Assembly (NCBI GenBank): GCA_025786725.1
Contig: JAHLTZ010000002.1
Span: forward strand, 620,001 to 684,000
Source of the DNA: Syncephalis fuscata S228
Taxonomy: Eukaryota > Fungi > Zoopagomycota
Length of the DNA stretch: 64,000 bases
Direction: 5' to 3'
The notes below the pieces were generated by a model, which saw only the letters and a list, made by a program, of their open reading frames with translations, ran no database searches and was not told the DNA's origin. Shown here piece by piece: positions 43,600-56,219 of the stretch. Each line of letters starts with the position of its first letter. Position 1 is the first letter of the stretch. A program made the translations under genes and the position numbers.

Positions 43600-43770
43600 T
43601 TATTATATCGAATACGATACAAGTTTGATCATACTATATCCGGAATAATATTAAATTAAAATAATGACTTAGCATGCTAGCACGTCTTAATCAATATAAT
43701 GAGTACTTTAAATACTTTGTTACCAGCTTTTATTATAAAAATAAGTTGGTTAAAACACAATACGTCATTA
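43600..43770 (+). repeat. Dispersed repeat family B copy just downstream of the tRNA
   Basis: Similar to 36515-36935. Confidence 0.5.
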
Positions 43771-43972
43771 ACCAATCACTTTATTATGTTATTGCTTGTT
43801 TATAAATGTATGTCAATGGGTTATATAATTTACCATTCGCAGTACTGCTATTTCGGGGCCAAAAAAGTCCAAAAAGCTTTACAAAAGTGTGTTTTTTTAG
43901 CATTTTTACACTTTATATATAACATGCAGCAAAACATAATACTTTACGTGTTTTGTTTAGCAAAAAAGTTAT

Positions 43973-44045
43973 TGGAGGACCTGGGTATCGATCCCAGTAC
44001 TTCTCGCATGCGAAGCGAGCACTCTACCATTTGAGTTAGACCCCC
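43973..44045 (-). tRNA. tRNA-Ala(CGC), intronless
   Basis: GGGGGTC..GGTCCTCCA acceptor region, D-loop TGGTAGAG, anticodon arm CTCGC-TT-CGC-AT-GCGAG, T-arm CTGGG-ATCGATA-CCCAG, followed by a T6 Pol III terminator. Confidence 0.96.
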
Positions 44046-45287
44046 AACGATTCGTGACACACACAAAAAATTTTAGATTTTTGATTATATATTTCAAAAT
44101 TTAAAAACAAATTAGCATTTATAATGTACTTAGTATTAAAAGCATACAACTTAGTACTGTTATAACTATACTAAAGTCTGGCTATATCATAGCTTTTATT
44201 TATAAAAAATACAACCTATTATTGTCTTTATTATTTATATGAATATATAAATATTGTGTGTAAAATTAATAGCTGAGTCTTAATAATTTTTAATTAATGT
44301 TTTAATTTACCCATTTCACCACTCGATTCGTTCTAATTCAAGTCACACTGTTATGTACAGCAAACATAGTTATGATGTTTTCATTTGACTACTTGAAATT
44401 TACGAGGTCAATCATTATTGTTGTTGCCATGTGTAGGAAAATTGATCAAATATTAATAAAAGCCATTGACCACGATTTCATATCATTCCACACTCATTAC
44501 ATTTATGTACAGCATGGATTATTGTATCTGAATGGTCTGTTCTATTTTCCAATATTCTACTGTTGTATTATGGGTATATCTGTGATGTAAGATCAAGATT
44601 AATATATTATTATAAAGTTGTTATTAAACAGCCACTTTTCCTATAGCCAATCTGACTAACTAAATGATAATATATATATTAAAGCAATGATAAAGATGAA
44701 TAATTAATTACACATGAATTAGTTAATGTTGGATGTAATATTATACATGTTATAGTGATGGATGAGTGTTTAATTGTATTTAAAAGTGCTAAAAAGATGG
44801 TGAAATGAGTAAATAAAAGATATACTAGTTAAAGCAAATAGCTCCCTCAATTTGATAATTACGTTATTGTTTGATAGTCTAATCGTTTATAATCATTATG
44901 GGTGTTTCAGCATTTATTTCGTAAATTTACTACAATTATCATTAAGGTAGATATCAAAGTATTTTAATAAAGACATTTCGTGGTAGCAAACAGTAGACAA
45001 ATAGCACATAATGATACTTTGTATGTATCCATATAATAATAGAAAGCATAATGAGTGCTGGTAGATAATCAAAAATAGTAATAGGTGATTATAGTGGTGA
45101 TAAAAAGGAGAAAAGAGCATAAGTAAGCAGGTAAAGACTAGATGTCGTCTTTCAAATAAAGTACCGTATTATATAGAGTGCGTCGAAATATAGATACGGT
45201 AACATATGTTTGACGGATTATAGTAACGATGGTGACCAATGATAGTATAGCTATGTGTGGCACTTGTAGACATATAGTTAGGCCCAA

Positions 45288-47934
45288 CTATACTTGCTTC
45301 ATCTCTCCGCTAGAGATGACAGGTAATGCATTAGAAGTAACTGGTCGATTCTGAACTAAATCGTCTTCGTCGCTACTATCATCATCACCTTGAAGTGGAT
45401 CATGTTCACTTGCCTCGTCAAGATTTGTGCCCAGTACCGGATCAACTGCGTGTATATCTGGATAGATATGGCGCTGTCCTGTTTGGCGTGTATTATCTGT
45501 AGCTTTAGATGTAGTGGCAGTACTGGTTTCGGAAGATGGCATGTCTGGAATGTATCCGATGCCAGCAGGGATATTATGTGGCGAAGCAAGTGTGGTTGGT
45601 CCACTTTGTACACTACCGCCGTTAAATGGAGTTGCCACCATATGGCTGCCAATGGCCGTTCCTGTATCCGTTGCATCGGCATGTTGTGACGTAAGTGTAT
45701 TCACTCGGCTGCGTCGTGAGCCACGTCGTCTACCACTGGTGCTGCCATTGCCAAGTCCATCATCGATAGTGCCATCCGGACGCCAACGTAGATCCAATCC
45801 ATCCATCCATACAATCACTCGAATCATGCCGCTGTTAAGCATACGTGGCGTATATGCCACACGCTGATATTCTTGGTCGTCCTTTTCCCATAGTTTGCCG
45901 CCTGATAATCGGTGTTCTTCAACTGCCCATCGATGGCGTTCCATAGCAAGACGAATAACGCAAAAGTAGATGGCATACATACCATAAGTAATAAATATGG
46001 CCAATATAATATCGACTGTGTAGTGCATATGTGTACCGATAATTGTGTAAATGCCAGCAATGACATGCAGATATACATAGTAGGCAATATACTTGCGTCG
46101 TACGTAGATACGCCAATGAAGTGCACAGCTGGTAAGAATCATTGTATGGCCGCTGAAGATATTGTCTGTGCAGGAAATGGCATCGCCTGTTAACATTTTA
46201 ATACCGTTTTTAATTACATCCAATACTGGTGTCCCCGTAATAAGTACTGGATTGCATGGACGTGGTGGTGGTAATGTAGTTACCGAAATGGTCATTGCAC
46301 GGTATAGATAAAGCGAACCTGTTAGCCAGAAAAGACGACGAATAACAATTTGGCGTGCTGGCCAGGTTGGACAGAACCATAACACGCCGATAACTGTCAT
46401 GCCAAGTAATGAGAGAACGAAAAAGTCAGGCAGCCAGTGTTCCGATATATCATTGACAAGAATAAATCCAGTATCGTAAAGTACTTGCTGATTAGGCCGA
46501 TGTTCTAGCCAGCGTGTATCCGACACTTGCTGTAACAGTGTCATAGCAAGTGCTACTAAAAATAAATAACATGCCGATGCAAATGTACGGAACCATTCTG
46601 TATGCTTAAAGATATGGCGTGCACGTCGCATCCATGGCCGAAGTCGTCGCCGCAATGTATGCCGTTTGGTTTGATTAATACTTCCGCTTGTATGTGTATT
46701 GCGTCGTCTTGTCATGCCTGCTTCTAAGCCAGCTGTTGCATTATCACTCGCACCATTAACGGCCATATTGTTATGTGTTGAGCCGTCGCCTATATTGTGA
46801 TAGAGTGACAGGTACCTTCCTGAAGACCAAAATCTTGTAGTGAGTATATTTCGGCCTCGTCTTCGTCAAGTGAGTCAATATCTGAGTCAAAATCGTAGCT
46901 ATGACTGTATCGATCGGCAAGTTCACGTTGATAACAATCGCAGCGAAACTGATATGGTGCAGGAAAGGCAATAGCACCTTCGTCGGCGTTGAATGTACTG
47001 GCTCGACTAGTAAAACTAAATACGCTTTCGTCGCCTGAACTATAGTACTGCTGACTATCAAGCTCGTCAGTATCGTAGTCGCTACTTGATATGTCAGTAT
47101 AGCCACGTGATAGATTGTTCAAATAGCCGTCCCTACGATGATGGCCTACTGCTTCTATTTCCGATTCTTCCGAATCAATATAGTCTTGTGTACGTACACG
47201 CCGACGTCGATGCTGATTAGTTGTAATATCGCGTGATGTTAATGCAATATTATCGGCAATAAAAGATGCTTCCTGCGCTATTACTTGCGGTGCTAAAAAT
47301 GACGATGAGCCAGTGCTCTGCTTGCGATTAAAGCCTGTCTCGTTAACGCAGCTAAACGAATCGCCAACAAATACAGCCGCTTCTGGCGTTAGGCCACGTT
47401 TTCGACGCGAATGTTTGGACCGTGTCCGTGACGAAGATGATAACTGTCTTGAAACGGCAATATGCGCGTCTGGAGATAGTCGCGTAATTTCCTCGTCGCT
47501 TTCCGTGTCAGAAGCAGCAAATGGGCCTGATGTCCTCGACCAATAACTTGAGGCTGTAGCGTTTGTTTATGAGCAGATAATTGTATACGTTGTCCGCCTA
47601 TATCGGATGCACTGGGAAGAAATGGATTGCTATATGCCAAAGCCGTTGAATTTACTTCTGGTTTGGATATAATCGTATTTTGTTGTCGTTGCAGAAACCG
47701 GTCGGTGTGGACGCGATAGCTGTGCTGTTGAATATCCGTAGACCAAATAAAATCCTGGTCTTCTTGCTCGCACCGATAATTAGGGCTGGGCAATGGAGGA
47801 GATGGCAATGACGTGCCAGTTACTGTAATAGTTTTGGTATTTAACTTGACAGTGTTGCCTGCGTGCTTGGTTGAGCTGACGGCAGTCGTCGTGCCCGTCC
47901 GTGACGAGGAGTTATTCTGCTTTTGGGACGCCAG
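45288..47934 (-). CDS. Sphingomyelin synthase/IPC synthase family (PAP2_C) protein with a long disordered N-terminal extension; start uncertain
   Basis: YLYRAMTISVTTLPPP, CTDNIFSGHT and HMHYTVDI catalytic motifs. Upstream open frames to ~47960 join through two apparent single-base errors. Confidence 0.8.
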
Positions 47935-50900
47935 CGTGCCAGCAAATACAGCAGATATGTAATGTTAGTCAATATATAGATGTGTGCGTGTCGTTGCCGT
48001 CTCAACGTGTTAAAGACTATTTCTTCTTAAGTCAAATGATAAAAAATATTGATAAATATATAGTAAAATAGGTCCTAATATGCCAAGCTAGCGGATATGG
48101 ACAAAAAGCATTAAAATAGGCTGAATAGTGCGCAACTCTCCTAATAAGTTGTAGCAGCGTCGATGATAGCCTAATCACCGCTATGGCCGACCGACGTACA
48201 AGTTACAGGCGTACAGACAAGAAAACAAGTCCAAAGACTCAAGGATAAGATCATAAACGAGATGTTAAGCGCCAAGAAGCTGTATATTGGCGAATGTCTG
48301 CTCGCTATTGTCCATTCAAACCGATGGCGATGGATTGAACGCGGCGGGACAGCTAGCAGCGACAATCAACAGAGTACAAGTAGTAAAGACTAAAAAGGAT
48401 AGTGATCGTTTAGATGGTGTTTCTGCCAACTTTGCTACTTCTTGGCAATAGCGCGACGGAGGTAGACGCGGACAAGATTCAAAGCGAAGACAAGAAGCGG
48501 TAGTATAGCATGAAAAGGGAGAGCAGATGACTACTTGGAAACTATAGCCGCGAAAGGTCGGAGTTAGGCGAGCCTTTCGGCGACAAGTCAGCGTAACGAC
48601 AAACAAAGTAAAGCACTATTGGAAACAATAGACTGATTCCTTGAAGATAATAATAATAATAAGCTATAAAACACCCGCAATAGTGGATGCAATAAACTGG
48701 AGAGAAAATGGCTGGCACGTCAAGCGCACCTAATATAAAATAAGAGAAGAAAAAGAAAGATTATCAAGTGACGGTGATAGAACTTGTAGATAATAGCATC
48801 ATCTCCTATAGATAGAAGTGTGTATGTGTGCGTATTTGTGTGTGCAAGGCAGAATGAGAATAAAATAAATCCACACTCGGTTCGGATGCCAAATTGCACC
48901 CAAATTAGACGGTTGAACAATATGGAGAAGGTAAATAGCGGACAAGGTTAAGTGGTAATTGCCATGTTGATGTATTAAAACGATACAACAAGGTTCAGAA
49001 TAATACTAATACTAATAAATAGCCAAGTATCATTGATTGTGCTGTAATGATATGAATAAAAGTGACAGTTATAATCAATCAATGTCAAAGTGCTACTGAT
49101 GCTTTCCATTAATACAACAACTATAAAAGTATGTCAAAATGCTGTTGGATATAAGAAAAAGTACTACTTGCACACCGGAAAAGACAATGAACAACCGAAT
49201 AGTGCTAACGGTCCAACCATAGCTAAACACGAGGTAAAAAAGGAACAAATCGATTTGATATCTATTGGTTTTGGCAAGTACAGCAAGTGCCACATGGTCT
49301 GCAGTGACCTATCAAAGACATTGACACGCAGCTATCGCGATTTAACCACGCTACCATTATTTTACTTACCTAAATGCAAGTGGAACAGTAAGTTAGAGAC
49401 GTGCAGTTGTACTGGTATCACCCGTATAGCAATAGGCCACAAGTGTGAACAGACTGTAAATCAAAGATAAAACAAAGGATTTGCAAATATTAGTCTAGCA
49501 ATACAGATGTTTCAGCATTAAATTACGCTACAACAAATAGTGGCATAAATATTATTGCAAGATGAGATTGTATTACAGTCATTCATTGACGCAGTTGATA
49601 GGATTGCAATGACTGATATGCAGTTATTGTTGTAGTCGTGGACTTACCGGAACTATTAGCTGACAGGGGCCAAGAAAAGAGTACGGATTAGACACGGAGT
49701 GAATCAAGCCAAGTTATAGGGCCGACCTAATATTTGTTGTGCTTATTGGAAGGAATAATAAAGCAAACGTATTGCGGTACAAATTAATAATAATAGTAAA
49801 TAAAAGTCAGAAAAGTATTTTAAAGAGCGAGAATAGTGTTATGTTTGATGCGTGTACGTCTAGATGAACAAAAAACAGGTCCACTAGTCGGCCGTTGACA
49901 TCGATTGAAAATAGTATAGTCGAGTGCAAAGGTTGGAAGACAAGATGGAGACCCGGCCGAGGAATGCGACAGTCGAATGTCGTGCAGATGACAATAAGTA
50001 ACAACCAAACTTGACGAGAGAAAGAATGGCGGAGTAAAGAAAGAGTACTGCAACAAACGAATAGGAGCAGTAAAAAAAAGTGAAAAGGGGATTGAGCGCG
50101 TGCAAAAGTCGCACTGTTACAAAAAGATAATGCTGGCTGCTTTGCTTTAACAAGAATACACCTTCCGATGGCTGAGATAACGAGGGAAACAAAGCCACTA
50201 CAGTAATGGACAACAAAATCAACAAGAAAAGTGACCGCTTGCGGAAAGAAAAAGTGTCGTAGTGGTATCGAATTAGAGCGTCCGTGGCGTGAGTGTTTCG
50301 ATGTGTTTATGCCACCACCTGAATCGCGGAGATAAGAGTAACAACAACAACAACAGGAAAAAGAGAATGAGTAATCCACAAACTGTTGGTTGGCACTCCG
50401 CAGTGATCTGATATTAAATACTTGGTTGTCCAATGACCTGCTTAATAAAGTGAGTGCAACAAGACAGATATGCTCGTGACAACGATAATGGATAAATGTA
50501 GCGAGTTGCATTGATATGCCGAGAATAGGGGACACGTAAGGGCGTTTCTGGAACGTGAAATACTAATGCCAAGAATAGGCACCTCCTATTTAATTGATGA
50601 ACTATATTAATGTTTTCATACACAGTGATCAGTCCAATGCATTGTTGTTAGCCGTCAGTTGCTGATCAATGTAATGCTAAAGCGTAATTGCCGTAATTAA
50701 AAGTGATGATCTATCTGTGCAGCATTATGTTATCTACGATGATGCTGATTGATTAGAATAGAATGAAATTTGGCAGTGTTTTAATAGTACGATATAAAGG
50801 ATCGTCAGTAATGAACATGCCATTTTTATTGACAAGTTATCATTTACAACATTGAAGCTAGAAATACGACTCATTAAAAATAAGTTCTTTTTAATTTCAG

Positions 50901-51979
50901 GATTTGAACGAAAATATAATTTATTGATAATAATGAAAAAGACAGTATACTTTGCAATATTATTTAATTAGTCATGCGTTTCAAAGTAGATTGATAACTT
51001 TAGAATTTAATAAGAAGTAGATACTGTAGTGCAATATCTGAATAAAATACCGTTTAGTCGGTGAAAGTAATTTATTTCTGCATAGAAAACTATAGAGACT
51101 TTGTACAGATTAAAAAAGTAATGAATGGTTTTCGTTGGATACAACAGTATGTTTTTATGAGGTATTAATGTTGTATTGTGTAGTCAGCTATAAGTAGAAT
51201 TTCAAAATTGCCACTTTAAGTAATGCCTTGTGCTTCTCACACTTCTTATTATTAGTAATATAAATAAAAATAGCTCTATCAAGAATCCGCTAATTTGTTT
51301 ATCCAGTTTTAATATATATTATGGAAAATTAACGAAGTTATAAGGAAATATAATGGGAATATTATTGATTAGATTTAAAAAGTTAAGGGGCTTGCTAATT
51401 TCGGCATAATTTGACAGCAATTAGCTCCGATATTGCTAATATAATTTAAATAGCTTGTTTAGGCTAATGACGTTTGTAATCAATTGGTGGCTATTCTACA
51501 GAACGACCTGGCTACTGATTTTAGAAGCTGGCTTGCTTAATATGCGCGACGGAATTGCAATGCTATCAGGAAATGGAGCTTGAATTACTAGCTCGCTCAA
51601 GTCGGAAATTTTGCAGCATCTTCTATTCGTATTTGTAGTTCAGTAATGGCTGAGCTAGAAATGCCCAACTATTTAAGCAACGAGAAAACCATCTTCAAGT
51701 ACTTGCCTCACCACATTACTCTACTACTTGCTACTACCTATTACCTTGCTACAAGCCTGATTGTCTGGAATCTCTCAGCTTGCTATTTCTGCAAACATAT
51801 TTTTCTCTTACACACCGCTTTCTATCGTTAGCCAGGTTGCTATTTGCCTTAATTGATCGCAATTATTTTTTATTACTTAAATTTCGCTGCTATTTTATAC
51901 AACTGTCAACTGCGCAGGTCCTAATTGGCGAAACCGACCAGCTTTTCTATTTACATCAAACACACCGTTTATATAAACC

Positions 51980-52713
51980 ATGCAAATTACTCGTGTAGCT
52001 TCCCTTTCCAGCGCTGTTGCTGGATTGCTTTTAGCAATTGCAATCACAGCAACAACTGCTATTCCATGCGGTGTCTGCCATCACAAGACACCGGCTCCAA
52101 GCACAAACACCGGTTTGGCCCCTGCTTCTACCGCACCATTGACTCATGAGCCACTATATGGTGAAGCACCCGCACCATCATCTGGTACTGCTCCGGTACC
52201 GGCACCAGCGCCATCCAGTATTGCACCAGTACCGGCGCCAGCACCATCGTCTAGTACTAGCTCAACATCAGCAACATCTACGTCAACGGCCACTCTAACA
52301 ACGACACAAACGACCGTTCCAGCGGCAACACAGACCAATTCAGCCCCTCCAGCGAAACAAACCTCAATGTTTCCCTCAGCTCCTCTTCCCGCTGTAGATA
52401 ATAGTAATACCAACTCAACAAATCAAGGTGACGAAAATCGTATCCTAGGATTCCCAATGGGCGAGAATGGAGATGAAAATCGCCGCTTGGGAATGTCGAT
52501 GGGTGAAGGTGGATCCTCAACGAGCGAGAATGGAGATGCAAATCGCCGTCTTGGATTCTCGATGAGTGATAGTGGATCTCAACAAGCGATAACGGAGATG
52601 CAAATCGCCGTCTTGGATTCTCGATGAGTGATAGTGGATCCTCAACAAGCGAGAATGGAGATGCAAATCGCCGTCTTGGATTCTCGATGAGTGATAGTGG
52701 AGCTAATCAATAA
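51980..52713 (+). CDS. Secreted Pro/Ser/Thr-rich protein ending in five GD[E/A]NR[R/I]LG[F/M].M repeats
   Basis: Signal peptide MQITRVASLSSAVAGLLLAIAITATTA. 63-bp tandem units. A missing C near 52578 (ggatctc versus ggatcctc) shifts the frame; the corrected stop is 52711-52713. Confidence 0.75.
52427..52701 (+). repeat. Coding tandem repeat, 63-bp unit
   Basis: GGAGATGCAAATCGCCGTCTTGGATTCTCGATGAGTGATAGTGGA occurs three times, plus two diverged upstream units. Confidence 0.92.
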
Positions 52714-53021
52714 AATGTTAGTTGGCAAGCGGCCAACACATTTAATGGAATACTTTAAATAATAAATTGCTATTACAATATTTTCTTGTATTTATTTATG
52801 CTAGCCAAACTATAATATTTAAACCTTAAATTTTTATACAGATATGCTGTCATACGATTAGCCACTAATCTAGTAAAGTGTCTGTATTTAATGTATCATA
52901 TCTATATACTGGTATTTTTAAATATATACTATATGAATATAAATGTAAAATTAGAATGTATTTAGTCAATGCCTGTGATTTTATTAACAACATAAGATAG
53001 TGTCGATAGGTCCTTTAGACA

Positions 53022-53496
53022 TTACATTACACCATAGTAAGTATGTTGCTGCTTTGATGGATCCTTGTTATCTAAAATTTGGAGCCAAATGGAGCCGCTA
53101 CATTAACAGGGGTAGTAGAAGAAGGAGTAGATGTATAAGTAGAAGCAGGAGTAGAAGTAGAAGTAGGATAGGATTAGTAGGAGTAGGAACAACAGGGACA
53201 GCGGCAGGGGCAGAATTTTTAATAGCAATGTTATTATCTTTGAGAATCTTTTTAAGAACATCTCACGAATAGATCCATTTACGTTGGTTCCCTCTAATGT
53301 AAAGTATTTTTATCACTTTTAAGGTCACCGGAGTTGTCTATTTTATATGTACCACGGCCAAGGCCATAGACATCATATTCGTCGTGTAGGGGAATGAGTG
53401 AGCCAACGATGGGTGCAGCATCTGTAAATGTAAGATAAAAGACCATTGTTATAAGGCAGCCTAAAAAAGCACCAATGCCAAGCTGAATGAAACCAT
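53022..53496 (-). CDS. Small secreted Ser/Thr/Pro-rich protein (frameshifted)
   Basis: MVSFSLAL..FLGCLITMVFYLTFTDAAPIVG signal-like start, then KKILKDNNIAIKNSAPAAVPVVPTP..TSTPASTYTST. Several frame breaks. Confidence 0.45.
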
Positions 53497-54114
53497 GTTG
53501 AATTTTGTAGTGATACGGCTAGTACAAATGCTAATAAAATGCTTAAATGATTTACAATGATGTGATGTGAATGCTTGAACGTTTGAAATGAATGCTTGAG
53601 CGTTTGAAATAAATGTTTGATTGCTTGAAGTGGTTATGCAAAAGTTAAATGTTAAAATGCTATCACAATGCTAGATTTGGGACAAAGATACAATTGCCTA
53701 GATATGAGAATGCAAGAACAGTAAAGCAAAAAACGTTTTATTTACGATAATTCCAAGCTTTTAAACCTTTGCACATATTTTCTGTATACGTCATGGTATC
53801 AGAAATCAATAAGCACGCCATTGAAATAGTCTTTGTTTATAATTTAACGAGTCGAGCGGTGTCACATTGCAAAGGCAATTAGTCTATTTTTAGTTTCCCA
53901 ACAATGTCACAGAAATTTGAAATTAAAACAGGTTGTTGAAACAAACGAATGTTCGTTTAAAACCTTGTAAGCAATTTTCTATCTCATAAAGCACCTTAAA
54001 CCATACAAGCTCAGCTATATATTTCTCGGCGTTCAAGATTAGAAAGAATTATATTACAATTCTTTTACTGCACACACACTACATATTTACGGTTACACAG
54101 ACAGTTTTAACACC

Positions 54115-54306
54115 ATGCACATTGTTCTTGCCTTTACTGCCTGTTTTGTTGCCCTATTGTTAGCTGGTTCAAAGGCAGATGCTGGAATTATTTACATACC
54201 AGGAGTGATAGAGAAAAACGTCGATAATCTAGAAAATACGATGACAATCATGTGATGGGACCAATCAAAGTGTACCAACTACTTTCAGAATGTTGAAGAT
54301 ATATAA
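54115..54306 (+). CDS. Very small secreted peptide (46 aa to TGA 54253-54255; possibly longer)
   Basis: ACCATGC start and a clear signal peptide, MHIVLAFTACFVALLLAGSKADA|GIIYIPGV. Confidence 0.5.
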
Positions 54307-55273
54307 ATAATATTATTATGGCCTATGTCATTTAAAGATTATTGGCTAGAAAGTCCAATATTGATCAATTAAATATTTTTATAATACTAGTTTAGAATTT
54401 AAATAATACAACTATACATGCTCTACAAAGACGATAATAATTGTAGCACCTATATCACATGATCAATTCGTTTACAGCATGAGCCGTCATAATCATATGG
54501 CTTGGACATTACATTTAGTTAAATAAAGATTTATTATAGTATAATTTGTCAAAATATAAAATAATATTAATATTAACATTAGTCGATCCCATATTGGTAT
54601 TATTAGCGCCAACAAGTAATTAGTACAAGCAATATCTATGACTACTTGTTATTTGGAAACGTATGATTAATTAATATTACTATGATAGTTAAAAAAATGA
54701 CGCATAAAGCCACCATATCTTATATTATATCACTTGCTCAGCAGATAAAGTAATAGCATGACCAATCCTATATTATTAGCTTTAGTTGCTATTACCGTAT
54801 TTAGTAATTATAAATTGTCTGGTTTCCCACACTAAAAGCTGTAACTGTACACTTTTTATCGTATTGCAAGTGTTGTTATACATTTATGCAAGCAATAGAT
54901 AAGTAAATGGCTAGTTTTATTATCAGTAAATATCTACTAAGTTTATGTAATTTCTATTCTTATGCATTTTATATTTATAATTGCTGCTGTATTTTATTGC
55001 AACATTATAGTTCATTGCAGCAGTTTATTAATTCATTTTATATCAATTTGAACATACATTTATTAGCAGTTGGTATTTAGAAACGCAATTAATACTGAGC
55101 ATTATACAAACAATTCTCTACAATGTAAATCAGTATTGCAAAGCGTTTATTGCATGATGATGATCAAAGTTATAACATACGCCTGTGAATATAGTTGAAT
55201 TGGTAAACTGTAACTTGACAAGAAGAAAACAATGGAACAATTACGGCTGATTGTATGTATAGTCAACACAGAC

Positions 55274-55681
55274 CTATGCAGTTTCAACCTTATTGTAAGC
55301 TTCAGGTTGGTTCATAATAAGTCGGTAGTTCTTGTCCACGCTTACAGGGCCATCCATGCCATTCAATGGATTGTTACCATTTGGAGCAAGAGGATTCACG
55401 AAAGAAAACGGTTGTTCATTTTCATGTGGTGGCTGTACTGCACGGATAGTTGGCATCATCCACCAGGCATTATTTTCAAATCCAAACATTGAGAAAACTG
55501 ATGTGTCGTCCATTGTCTGCTGGCTTGGTCCGTTAGAGGAACTTGTCGATGGGTCTTGTGCTATAAAGCTACTGTGTTGGGCGGGTGCCATGAAAGGAGC
55601 AGCACTTATTTTCAAAGCGCAGCTGATTAATGCAATACATTGAAGATAAAAGGTAGCAGAATACTTCGCTGAAGCAATCAT
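55274..55681 (-). CDS. Small secreted protein, 135 aa
   Basis: Signal peptide ending ISA|AP, intronless, TATA-like TATAAATA ~165 bp upstream. Confidence 0.65.
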   Translation of the reverse strand: MIASAKYSATFYLQCIALISCALKISAAPFMAPAQHSSFIAQDPSTSSSNGPSQQTMDDTSVFSMFGFENNAWWMMPTIRAVQPPHENEQPFSFVNPLAPNGNNPLNGMDGPVSVDKNYRLIMNQPEAYNKVETA

Positions 55682-56219
55682 GATGCTATTATCGTGATAT
55701 GGAGTGGCTTTACTTGTGATTTAACGCAATAAATGAGGCTGCAAACTGTACGTGGCTAGCACGATAGCAATCGATTACTATCAAAACTTAACGTTGAAGG
55801 AAAAGGCGGCAAGTAGCAAATAAGCTAGTGTTTCATGGGGCTATTTATATGGCGACATGGAATTTGTTAGTAGATTTACCTAGCCCCGTATTCTTTGATA
55901 CATGTAACCAGTTGGTCTGGTTTATAGAATAGAAAAAAAAATGTTTATCTTGTGACCAATAATAATAATAATGTGAATGGGTAGAAACAGGTACACTCTT
56001 ATTGATTGCCCAGTTAAGCAAAGCTGTACTGAACACACTTGAACTTGATGATATTCAAACTGATAAAGCAGTTAGAGCATTGCTAAGTAAATTTACTTGA
56101 TTAATTATGTATAAAATTTTAATTGATTACACATGTGTAGTTATCTGTAACATAGAATTCCTTATTCTTAGTGTATTGTTGCACGAGAATTGAAGAAAAT
56201 ACGTGAGAGCCGAGTACTA

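Noticed and set aside
43699-44034. 111-aa plus-strand ORF
   Set aside because: Overlaps the tRNA-Ala gene antisense and AT-rich repeat sequence.
49807-50535. 242-aa minus-strand ORF
   Set aside because: Phe/Leu/Ser/Cys composition follows from a pyrimidine-rich leader or intron. Non-ATG start and no recognisable domain.
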